Made by a program: the position numbers and the translations under genes. From positions 18,377-57,402 of the forward strand of contig MFMW01000005.1 of the NCBI GenBank assembly GCA_001783595.1: DNA of 39,026 bases, read 5' to 3'. Positions 8,604 to 16,713 of this stretch are shown here, in pieces. Under the pieces are notes generated by a model. The model was not told the origin of the DNA. It saw only the letters and a program-made list of their open reading frames with translations, and searched no databases. This DNA is from Candidatus Kuenenbacteria bacterium RIFCSPHIGHO2_02_FULL_39_13 (GTDB lineage: Bacteria > Patescibacteriota > Patescibacteriia > UBA2196 > GWA2-42-15). Each line of letters opens with the position of its first letter. The stretch's first letter is position 1.

Positions 8604-10405
8604 AAATAACCATCAATCATAAGCAATACTTTAGCCAAGAGAGCCAGACTATTTTAGATGTTTGCCAAGCCAATGGTATTGATATCCCAACCCTGTGCAA
8701 ACATCCTGATTTAGTTATTCAAGGCAAATGCCGGATTTGCTTGGTTGAAGTTGAGGGGCAGGGGATTATTACTGCCTGCACTCAAACTGCGGCAGATGGC
8801 ATGGAAATCAAAACCGACACTTTACTTGTCAAGCGCGCTCGGGCGGTTAATCTGGAAATGATTTATGCCGAGCACATTGAAAAATGCTCTAGCTGCATTC
8901 AGGAACATTCTTGCGCTCTTAAAGATTATGCTAACCAGTATGGCCTTAAAATTACTCGCTACCAAGACCGCAAGGCTAAATTACCAGCCTGGCACTTTGG
9001 CGACTTTATCCAGTTTGATTCCAGTAAATGCATTGACTGCGGAATTTGTAGCGAAGTTTGCACTGATAAACAAACCTGTGATTTTTATCAGACCATTAAT
9101 AAAGGTTATCAAACTCAAACCAAACCAACTGATGATCCTAAAAAAGACTGCACCTACTGCGGCCAATGCGTTGTCCATTGTCCAGTTGGCGCGGTTCAGG
9201 GCGTGCCCCATTGGCAATTTGTGGAAGAGTTGCTAAAAAATAAAAAGACAAGCGCTAAAACTCTTGTGGCCCAAATTGCTCCCTCAATCAGAGTGAGTAT
9301 TGGCGAAGAATATAATTTTGCTTATGGCCAAATTACCAGCGGTCAACTGGCTGCCAGTATGCGCGCCTTAGGCTTTGATGTTGCTTTTGATGTTTCAGCC
9401 GGGGCTGATTTTACCAGTTATGAGGAAGCGCTTGAACTAATTCATTGGCTTGAGGCAAAAAAAGACCGTCCGATGTTCACTGCTTGCTGTCCAGCTTGGG
9501 TGAAATTTGTTGAATTTTATTATCCAGAATTTATCTCTCATCTCACCACCACTCGTTCGCCGCATATTCATTCAGCCATCATAACTAAAACTTATTGGGC
9601 AGAGCTTATGGGAAAAAAGCCGCAAGATATTATTGTTGTTTCCATTATGCCGTGTACGGCTAAAAAGCAGGAAATTAGTCTAACCACCCAGCGCTATCAG
9701 CATCTGCCCATCGTTGATTATGTGGTCACCACGCGCGAATATGTTTATCTGCTCCGCAGGGCAAAAATTGATTTTCCAAAATTGGCATCAAAAGAGCTGG
9801 ATAATCCACTGGGTAATTCCTCCGGCGCCGGCGTAATTTATGGCGCTAGCGGCGGTGTGATGGAATCAGCTCTTCGTTCTGCCGACTATATGCTGCGGGT
9901 AAAAAAAGAAACAGGCAGTTTAAAGCCAATTATCAATGGTGAAAATTATCAACTAATCAAAAATAGATATTCCCGGATTAGCCAAAGCAGAATTGAATTC
10001 ACACAAGTCCGCGGCCAACAAGGGATTAAAGAAGCAGCGGTAAATATTGGCGGCAAAAATCTGCGCGTAGCCATTGTGAGCGGTTTGGGCAGTGCCAGAA
10101 AATTGATTGAAAACATCAAAGCTAAAAAATGCCAGTATGATTATGTGGAAGTGATGGCTTGCCCAGGCGGCTGTATTGGCGGAGGCGGGCAACCACTGCC
10201 AGTCAGCGCTGAAATCAGGGCGAAGCGCGCCGCTGCGCTCTACAATATTGACCAAAACCTAGTCATACGGGTCGCTCATGAAAATAAATTTTTGCTGACT
10301 GTCTATCGTGATTATTTTAAGGGCAGACAAGAACTGATTGAACAATTAATGCATTGCCAGTATAATGTAGCTAACCGGGCAGGTTATAAAAAAATAACTA
10401 ACTAA
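8588..10405 (+). CDS. hydA: [FeFe]-hydrogenase catalytic subunit (group A, with [2Fe-2S], His-ligated [4Fe-4S] and 2x[4Fe-4S] domains)
   Basis: H-cluster motifs FTACCPAW, MPCTAKKQE, EVMACPGGCIGGGGQP; N-terminal Fe-S Cys motifs. Confidence 0.95.
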   Translation: MQKKIKITINHKQYFSQESQTILDVCQANGIDIPTLCKHPDLVIQGKCRICLVEVEGQGIITACTQTAADGMEIKTDTLLVKRARAVNLEMIYAEHIEKCSSCIQEHSCALKDYANQYGLKITRYQDRKAKLPAWHFGDFIQFDSSKCIDCGICSEVCTDKQTCDFYQTINKGYQTQTKPTDDPKKDCTYCGQCVVHCPVGAVQGVPHWQFVEELLKNKKTSAKTLVAQIAPSIRVSIGEEYNFAYGQITSGQLAASMRALGFDVAFDVSAGADFTSYEEALELIHWLEAKKDRPMFTACCPAWVKFVEFYYPEFISHLTTTRSPHIHSAIITKTYWAELMGKKPQDIIVVSIMPCTAKKQEISLTTQRYQHLPIVDYVVTTREYVYLLRRAKIDFPKLASKELDNPLGNSSGAGVIYGASGGVMESALRSADYMLRVKKETGSLKPIINGENYQLIKNRYSRISQSRIEFTQVRGQQGIKEAAVNIGGKNLRVAIVSGLGSARKLIENIKAKKCQYDYVEVMACPGGCIGGGGQPLPVSAEIRAKRAAALYNIDQNLVIRVAHENKFLLTVYRDYFKGRQELIEQLMHCQYNVANRAGYKKITN

Positions 10406-10414
10406 CAAGAAAAT

Positions 10415-10924
10415 ATGCTCAAAGCGATTACTTTACAAAGGGTAAATATCAGCTATGCTGCAAGATTTTTAGTCATCTTGACAATGGCCACTGGCGCACC
10501 GCTTATTGGCATCCACTCTCAATGGCTTACCGGCCCAATTGTCAACATGTCCCTAATTCTTGCTGTTTTTTTAATTGGAATTCGCGGAGCACTGCTGGTT
10601 GGAATTCTGCCATCAACTATTGCCCTAGGCACAGGTTTGTTGCCAGCGATTTTGGCGCCCATGATTCCTTTCATTATTATTTCTAATACTATTTTGATAT
10701 TAGTGGTTGACTGGTTTAAGAATTATAATTATTTTCTCGGTTTATTCTTCGCCGCCGGAGCAAAATATCTTTTTTTATTCATTACCTCAAGCATTGTCAT
10801 CAATTTATTATTAAATCAAGCTCTTGCCCCCACAGTGGCTGCGATGATGAGCTGGCCGCAATTTTTTACAGCTGTAATTGGCGGAGTATTGGCTTGGGGA
10901 ATATTAAAATTTATCAATAAATAA
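10415..10924 (+). CDS. ECF transporter S-component-like membrane protein
   Basis: 169 aa, about 5-6 TM helices, Q..TGPIVN..L and PQ..TA..GG motifs; 9 nt after hydA. Confidence 0.65.
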   Translation: MLKAITLQRVNISYAARFLVILTMATGAPLIGIHSQWLTGPIVNMSLILAVFLIGIRGALLVGILPSTIALGTGLLPAILAPMIPFIIISNTILILVVDWFKNYNYFLGLFFAAGAKYLFLFITSSIVINLLLNQALAPTVAAMMSWPQFFTAVIGGVLAWGILKFINK

Positions 10925-10999
10925 TAAAAATACATGAGTAATAATGATAAAAATAAGTTATGAGCATCAAATCAATTAAAAATCCGAAACACAGACTGG

Positions 11000-11040
11000 T
11001 GTTGTAAAAATTACAACAATTGTAGTATAATTAAACTACA
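11000..11040. promoter_or_regulatory. Putative operators and -10 box for the MNT-HEPN pair
   Basis: TGTTGTAA-N3-TTACAACA and TGTAGT-N8-ACTACA palindromes; TATAAT at 11026-11031. Confidence 0.5.
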
Positions 11041-11044
11041 TATA

Positions 11045-11602
11045 ATGTTAAGCAAATCTAAAACCACACGCAAGCTATTAGCTTTCTACTTCACTAACCC
11101 TCAAGCCAAAAAATATGTTAGACAGTTGGCCAGAGTTTTGGGTTTGGATGCCGGGAATCTTTCTAAAGAATTAAAAAAATTTGAAACACAAGGTCTTTTT
11201 TTATCTACTAGAAACGGTGACCAGAAAATTTTTTATCTCAATAAAAATTATCACTTATTTGAAGAATATAAAAATATAATTTTAAAAACTGAAGGTATTG
11301 AAGCTAGCTTAAAAAAATTACTATCTCAATTCAAGAAAATTGAGCAAGCATATATTTTTGGTTCTTTCGCTGATAATAGTCAAAGAACTGATTCAGATAT
11401 TGATTTACTGGTTATTGGCCAAGTTGATTTTGGCAAATTAAATAGGGGAATTAATCAGTTAGAAAAAAAACTCCAGCGCGAAATAAATCAGGTAGTCTAT
11501 AGTTCACAAGAATTTCAAGCACAAAAAAGAAAATCACCGTTTTTAAAAAATATTTTAAGAAATAAAAAGGTAATTTTAATTGGCCAAGATGAAACAAAAT
11601 AA
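11045..11602 (+). CDS. wHTH + minimal nucleotidyltransferase (MNT antitoxin-like)
   Basis: N-terminal HTH; FGS-X10-DID catalytic motif. Confidence 0.85.
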   Translation: MLSKSKTTRKLLAFYFTNPQAKKYVRQLARVLGLDAGNLSKELKKFETQGLFLSTRNGDQKIFYLNKNYHLFEEYKNIILKTEGIEASLKKLLSQFKKIEQAYIFGSFADNSQRTDSDIDLLVIGQVDFGKLNRGINQLEKKLQREINQVVYSSQEFQAQKRKSPFLKNILRNKKVILIGQDETK

Positions 11603-12062
11603 TTTGGACAAAAAAATCAAAGAATTAAAAAGTAAAAATTTAGCTAAAAATTTTCAGGTTAGTTTTTCTGATATCATAAAATATTTAAATAGGGCGAAAA
11701 AAGAGTTAATCATCGCTCATAAAAATATTAAAATTGATAAAAATACATCTTGCGTCTTGATTTATCAGTCAATGCTTAAAGTTGGTCGCTGTCTAATGTT
11801 TTCTTATCATTTGCGGCCGATTGATGGGAGCCAGCATAAAACGACCATTGAATTTTGTGAAGTAATCATCGGAGAAAAATTTAGACAACTAATTGAAAGT
11901 TTTGACGAGCTAAGAAAAAAAAGAAATAAATTTGTTTATGATGTTACCGAAGTTGAAATTTCTGATTCTGAATTGAATTATTATTTTAAAGAAGCTCAAA
12001 AGCTGATTGAATTAGTTGATAAAATTATTAAGCATAAAAATCCTCAAAAAGAACTATTATAA
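11580..12062 (+). CDS. HEPN domain protein (start may be 11589)
   Basis: Helical HEPN-like protein with LRKKRN..VY; overlaps the MNT gene. Confidence 0.75.
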   Translation: MAKMKQNNLDKKIKELKSKNLAKNFQVSFSDIIKYLNRAKKELIIAHKNIKIDKNTSCVLIYQSMLKVGRCLMFSYHLRPIDGSQHKTTIEFCEVIIGEKFRQLIESFDELRKKRNKFVYDVTEVEISDSELNYYFKEAQKLIELVDKIIKHKNPQKELL

Positions 12063-12074
12063 GGCCTTTCAGTT

Positions 12075-13169
12075 ATGAAATTTAAATCCCTTAAATATAT
12101 AAGAAATCTGGCTGGCAAACGTGTTCTCGTGCGCTGTGATTTCGATCTGCCCATGAAAAATTGCAAAATAATTGATGATACCAGATTAAAAGCGTGCGTG
12201 CCGACGATAAAATATTTATTATTTAAAGGCGCCAAGGTGGTTTTGGTGGGGCATTTGGGAAGACCAAAGGGCGTGGATGAAAAACTAAGTTTATTGCCGG
12301 TGAAAAATAAACTAGAAAAAATACTTGAAAAAAAAATAGTTTTTATAGATTGGGATGAGATCCCTAGCCGCCTTGCTCCTCGGAATGACATATCACTAAG
12401 AATGTTAGAGAATCTAAGATTTTACACTGGCGAAGAAAAAAATTCTAAAAAATTTGCCAAAAAATTAGCAAGCTTAGCAGATATTTATGTGAATGAGGCA
12501 TTTGCCGTGAGCCACCGCAGCGTCGCTTCGGTTGATGCCATTCAAAATTATCTGCCGAGCTACGCTGGGCTACGTCTTGAAAAAGAAATTGAGAATTTAT
12601 CAGCCGTTCTGAAAAATCCCAAACACCCAGTGATCCTTATTATCGGCGGAGCCAAAATTGAGACCAAGTTGCCGGTGATTAAAGAGTTTCAAAAAATTGC
12701 CGACCAAATTCTTGTGGCTGGCGCTGTGGCCAATACTTTTTTAAAAGCCGCCGGGGTGGAAGTGGGGAAATCATTAGTTGATGAAAAATATATTGATGAA
12801 GCAAAAAGTATTTTAAATTCAAAAATTTTACTGCCCGTTGACTGGCGCGTAAAGAATGGAAAGATTCTTGATATTGGTCCGCGGACTATTGAATTATTTG
12901 CGCAAAAAATTAAATTAGCCAAGACAATCGTCTGGAACGGACCAATGGGAAAGTTTGAAGAGAAAGAATTTGCCATTGGCACACAGGAAATCGCTAAGGA
13001 AGTTTTAAAATCAAAAGCAAAAGTTGTGATTGGCGGAGGAGACACAGACAAAATTTTACAGGGTAAAAAATTTGGCAGTAACATTTTTGTTTCCACCGGC
13101 GGCGGGGCAATGCTGGAATTTCTGGCAGGGAAAAAATTACCCGGTTTTAAAAGAATCTTTTTACATTAG
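12075..13169 (+). CDS. pgk: Phosphoglycerate kinase
   Basis: KRVLVR.D, HLGRPKG, LENLRF, VWNGPMG.FE, GGGDT, STGGGAMLEFL. Confidence 0.97.
   Translation: MKFKSLKYIRNLAGKRVLVRCDFDLPMKNCKIIDDTRLKACVPTIKYLLFKGAKVVLVGHLGRPKGVDEKLSLLPVKNKLEKILEKKIVFIDWDEIPSRLAPRNDISLRMLENLRFYTGEEKNSKKFAKKLASLADIYVNEAFAVSHRSVASVDAIQNYLPSYAGLRLEKEIENLSAVLKNPKHPVILIIGGAKIETKLPVIKEFQKIADQILVAGAVANTFLKAAGVEVGKSLVDEKYIDEAKSILNSKILLPVDWRVKNGKILDIGPRTIELFAQKIKLAKTIVWNGPMGKFEEKEFAIGTQEIAKEVLKSKAKVVIGGGDTDKILQGKKFGSNIFVSTGGGAMLEFLAGKKLPGFKRIFLH
12357..12390 (-). repeat. GTCA-type REP-like unit inside the pgk coding sequence
   Basis: Reverse complement TGTCATTCCGAGGAGCAAGGCGGCTAGGGATCTC; read in pgk as EIPSRLAPRND. Confidence 0.6.
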
Positions 13170-13499
13170 GACTTTCGCGTTTGTCATTCCCTTGCTTGAC
13201 AAGGGAATCCAGTTTTTAAATAATAGTGCTGTTAGCTTATCCTCTGGATCCTCGGATCAAGTCCGAGGATGACGGAAGAAGAGCCCGAATATTTATTTGT
13301 CATTGCCCGACCCTCGATCGCAGCCGAGGGCAGGCTTGATCGGGCAATCCAGACAAAAAAACAAACAAAAAAGAATTATGGTAGTTAGATTAACAGAATG
13401 GATCCTCGGATCAAGTCCGAGGATGACAGAAGAGAGAGTCCGAGGATGACAGAAGAGAGTCTGTGGATAACAGAAGGAGGGCAAACGCGAAAGTCCTAA
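13166..13499. mobile_element. MITE-like element with 18-bp perfect terminal inverted repeats, filled with GTCA-type REP palindromes
   Basis: TTAGGACTTTCGCGTTTG (13166-13183) and CAAACGCGAAAGTCCTAA (13482-13499); REPs at 13183-13212, 13244-13273, 13299-13352 and 13399-13427 plus partial copies. Confidence 0.75.
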
Positions 13500-13524
13500 A
13501 AACTAAAAAATTAACTTGAAATTT

Positions 13525-14862
13525 ATGACCAGAATCAAAAACATCATTGCTCGTGAAATTTTAGACTCGCGCGGCGACCCAACCATTGAAGTTCAGGTAG
13601 TGTTAGAAGATGGTATTACTAACGCCATTGCTTCCGTGCCCAGCGGCGCTTCCATTGGCAGCCACGAAGCACTAGAACTGCGCGATGGCGATAAAAAACG
13701 TTATGGCGGCAAAGGCGTGCTCAAAGCCGTAGCTAACGTCAATAAAAAAATTGCGCCGATTCTCACAGGCGAAGAAATAACTAACCAGCAGCGCATTGAT
13801 CAGCTAATGATTGAACTTGACGGCACTCCTAACAAAGAAAATCTGGGCGCTAATGCCATTTTGGGCGTTTCTTTGGCTTGTGCTCGCGCCGCTGCTAAAA
13901 TCAAAAAACAGCCTCTTTATCAGCACATCCGCGAGCTGTATAACATTAAATTTCCAGGCTGGCGCATACCCATGCCTCAATTCAATATCATCAACGGCGG
14001 AAAACATGCTGATAGTAATTTAGACTTTCAGGAATTTATGATTATTCCCATCATCAACACCACTTTTTCAGAACGTCTCCGAGTTGGCACAGAAATATTT
14101 CATCAGCTGGGTAAAGTGCTTAAAGCAGATGGTCTTGACACTGATGTTGGCAATGAAGGCGGTTATGGTCCTGATATTGATTCTGCCGTTAAGGCGGTTG
14201 AATATATTTTGAGCTCTATTAAACAAGCAGGATACATTGCCGGTGAACAAGTGGTTCTTGGCATGGACGCCGGTGCCTCAACATTTTATTTGCCACAGGA
14301 AAAATTATACAACTTTAGTCTGGACGAATCATTTCTTGATTCAGACCAGCTTGTTTATCTTTATAAAGAATGGTTTGAAAAATATCCTTTCTTACTGCTT
14401 GAAGATCCTTTAGCAGAAGATGACTGGCAGGCTTGGATTAATATGACCAAAGAATTTTCCGAGCTAAATTTAAAAGTTCACAATTACCGGCTTGATAATA
14501 AAAAATTCATTAAACTTCATGAAAAAAATTTACACCCGATCATTGTCGGTGACGATTTATTTACCACTAATGTCAATCGCTTAAACGAAGGCATTAAACT
14601 CGGCGCGGCCAATGCCGTGGTTGTTAAGCCCAATCAAATCGGTACATTGACAGAAACAGTTAGATTTGCCGAGCTGGCCAAAGAAAATAATTATCAACTT
14701 GTTGTTTCCCACCGTTCTGGTGAAACTTATGATGATTTCATCGCTGACCTGTCCGTTGCTCTTGGCGCGGAATTCATCAAAGCAGGCGCGCCGTCCCGCG
14801 GAGAGCGTGTGGCAAAATACAACAGATTATTGAAGATTGAAGAGGAATTAGTTGACCAATGA
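13525..14862 (+). CDS. eno: Enolase
   Basis: AREILDSRG.PT, VPSGAS, DFQEFM, IVGDDLF, KPNQIGT, SHRSGET, RGERVAKYN. Confidence 0.97.
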   Translation: MTRIKNIIAREILDSRGDPTIEVQVVLEDGITNAIASVPSGASIGSHEALELRDGDKKRYGGKGVLKAVANVNKKIAPILTGEEITNQQRIDQLMIELDGTPNKENLGANAILGVSLACARAAAKIKKQPLYQHIRELYNIKFPGWRIPMPQFNIINGGKHADSNLDFQEFMIIPIINTTFSERLRVGTEIFHQLGKVLKADGLDTDVGNEGGYGPDIDSAVKAVEYILSSIKQAGYIAGEQVVLGMDAGASTFYLPQEKLYNFSLDESFLDSDQLVYLYKEWFEKYPFLLLEDPLAEDDWQAWINMTKEFSELNLKVHNYRLDNKKFIKLHEKNLHPIIVGDDLFTTNVNRLNEGIKLGAANAVVVKPNQIGTLTETVRFAELAKENNYQLVVSHRSGETYDDFIADLSVALGAEFIKAGAPSRGERVAKYNRLLKIEEELVDQ

Positions 14863-16190
14863 CCAAAAAGCAGTTAATACAAAGGGTAAATAACATTCAG
14901 TGGGAATGGGATTGGGGAAGGAAATTTAGTCCCTTGTTTAGTTATGCCGTTGTTTGTGCTTGGACCAAGGCGCGTCAGGAACTATCGGGACAAGTCAATA
15001 ATGTCATATTGTTCAGTAAAAATTATTACACGAATTTTTTTGTCAATATCAAAGATTTAAATCAAGCAGGTAAAAAGGCCTATGAATTGAGTACTCAAAA
15101 AGGATTTATTAATTTTTATGAATGCGAAGCACGAAGAGCCTGTCAAAAATTAATCAAACTATCTAAATTTGATAAGACCGGAGACTTGCTCAGTCAGTAT
15201 AATAACTGGCTTAATGCTTATGTGGCTGTTTTAGAATTTGTTGCTCATATTAGGATATTTAACAGAATCGGTGAGAAAAAAATAAGAGAATTTATAAATT
15301 CAAAAATAAAAAATTCTAAAAAACAAGTGGAAATATTTAGTATTCTTTCCGCGACAACAAGAATAAATGCTTTTGATGATTTTCATAAAAAAATAACGTT
15401 GGCCTATCAGAAAAAAACAAAAAACAATTTAATTTTAGAACAAATTGTTCGGGATTTTAAATGGATGCCTGTCGGCTATGGGGATGAGCCGGAATGGACC
15501 ATAAAAGATATTAAAAAACAATCACAAAGCTTTAGGCCGATCAAACCAAACAAAATAGACAAAAGTTTGATAATTAAAAAATTAGTGCCAAACCGCGAAA
15601 TTTTAAACCTGATTGCGGCCATTGATTTGTTTGTTTATTACAAAGATTATCTGCGCAGGATTTGTAATTATTGTCACTATTATTCGCGGCCTATTTTTAT
15701 AGCATTAGGCAAGCGATACAACTTAAGTTTGCAAGAATTAAAAATGTTGTTGCCGAAAGAAATTGGCAAGGTGAAGCCAAATAAGGGAAATATATTGTTT
15801 TCAGACAAGGGTAAAATTTATAAATTTAATTATGACGAAAAACTGGAGAATGAATTTTTTACTACTAATGATAAGAGCGTGGTTGGCACGGTCGCTAATA
15901 CTGGTAAGGTAAAGGGCGTGGTTGTAGTTGTTAATAACCCTAAAGATTTGAAGAAGGATTATAATAATCGTATTTTAGTTTCAGTAATGACAACACCTGA
16001 CATTACTATTGCCATTAAGAAAGCCAAAGCCATTATCACTGACGAAGGCGGTATTACCTGCCACGCGGCCATAATTTCCCGCGAACTCGGTATCCCCTGT
16101 ATTATCGGCACTAAAATCGCCACACATGTTTTAAAAGACGGAGATTTGGTTGAAGTTGACGCGGATAAGGGAATTGTGAAAAAAATATGA
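14859..16190 (+). CDS. PEP-utilising enzyme mobile domain protein with uncharacterised N-terminus
   Basis: MTTPD...IITDEGGITCHAAIISRELGIPC...VLKDGDLVEVDADKG; ATGA overlap with eno. Confidence 0.85.
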   Translation: MTKKQLIQRVNNIQWEWDWGRKFSPLFSYAVVCAWTKARQELSGQVNNVILFSKNYYTNFFVNIKDLNQAGKKAYELSTQKGFINFYECEARRACQKLIKLSKFDKTGDLLSQYNNWLNAYVAVLEFVAHIRIFNRIGEKKIREFINSKIKNSKKQVEIFSILSATTRINAFDDFHKKITLAYQKKTKNNLILEQIVRDFKWMPVGYGDEPEWTIKDIKKQSQSFRPIKPNKIDKSLIIKKLVPNREILNLIAAIDLFVYYKDYLRRICNYCHYYSRPIFIALGKRYNLSLQELKMLLPKEIGKVKPNKGNILFSDKGKIYKFNYDEKLENEFFTTNDKSVVGTVANTGKVKGVVVVVNNPKDLKKDYNNRILVSVMTTPDITIAIKKAKAIITDEGGITCHAAIISRELGIPCIIGTKIATHVLKDGDLVEVDADKGIVKKI

Positions 16191-16297
16191 CCCTTCCCCA
16201 ACCCTCCCATTGGTAAGGGGAGGGAGCGGATTTAATATTAATCTGTGAAAAACCAGGTTCCCCCTCCTTACAAAGGAGGGGGACAAGGGGGTGGTCA
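16188..16297. repeat. Inverted doublet of CCCCTCC..GGAGGGG palindromes upstream of the DUF559 gene
   Basis: Hairpins 16202-16224 and 16260-16282 (10-bp perfect stem), bounded by TGACC and GGTCA. Confidence 0.75.
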
Positions 16298-16306
16298 TTA
16301 AATTCT

Positions 16307-16663
16307 ATGACCGTAATTTTCAACCAACACAAGTATAAACAAACACGACAGCTTTTAAGAAATAACAGTACTAAGGCTGAAAGAATTTTGTGGAATCATT
16401 TAAATGGCAATCAAATTGGAATAAAATTTCGTCGTCAATATAGCATTGGTGATTATATCGCAGATTTTTGCGCACCAAGAAAAAAGTTGATTATTGAACT
16501 TGACGGTGGAATTCATTTGGTCAAAAATCAAAGATTATATGACAAAGCAAGACAGCTGGATATTGAGCATTTGGGATTTAGGGTGATTAGATTTGCCAAT
16601 AAAGAAATAGCCCACAATCTTGATAAAGTGCTTGATAAAATTAAAAAAGAAATAAAAATATGA
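16307..16663 (+). CDS. DUF559 / Vsr-like endonuclease
   Basis: LR.N.T.AE..LW..L...KFRRQ..IG.YIADF...LIIELDG..H...D..R...GF.VIRF.N. Confidence 0.9.
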   Translation: MTVIFNQHKYKQTRQLLRNNSTKAERILWNHLNGNQIGIKFRRQYSIGDYIADFCAPRKKLIIELDGGIHLVKNQRLYDKARQLDIEHLGFRVIRFANKEIAHNLDKVLDKIKKEIKI

Positions 16664-16713
16664 GTAAGGTGGAAGAGTTTTGTTTAAATTTACCGTAGCA
16701 TAAATTTATTTGT

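Noticed and set aside
7614-10405. Respiratory complex I nuoF/nuoG genes
   Set aside because: The second gene has full H-cluster motifs and no other nuo genes are present.
10934-11007. Two micro-ORFs after the S-component gene (MSNNDKNKL, MSIKSIKNPKHRLVL)
   Set aside because: Too short, no recognisable homology, and expected by chance in AT-rich DNA.
13293-13484. 63-aa minus-strand ORF (and 13030-13272 on plus)
   Set aside because: These are translations of REP repeats, with no sign of being genes.
13166-13499. CRISPR array
   Set aside because: Units alternate in orientation, spacing is irregular and no cas genes are present; they are REP-type palindromes.
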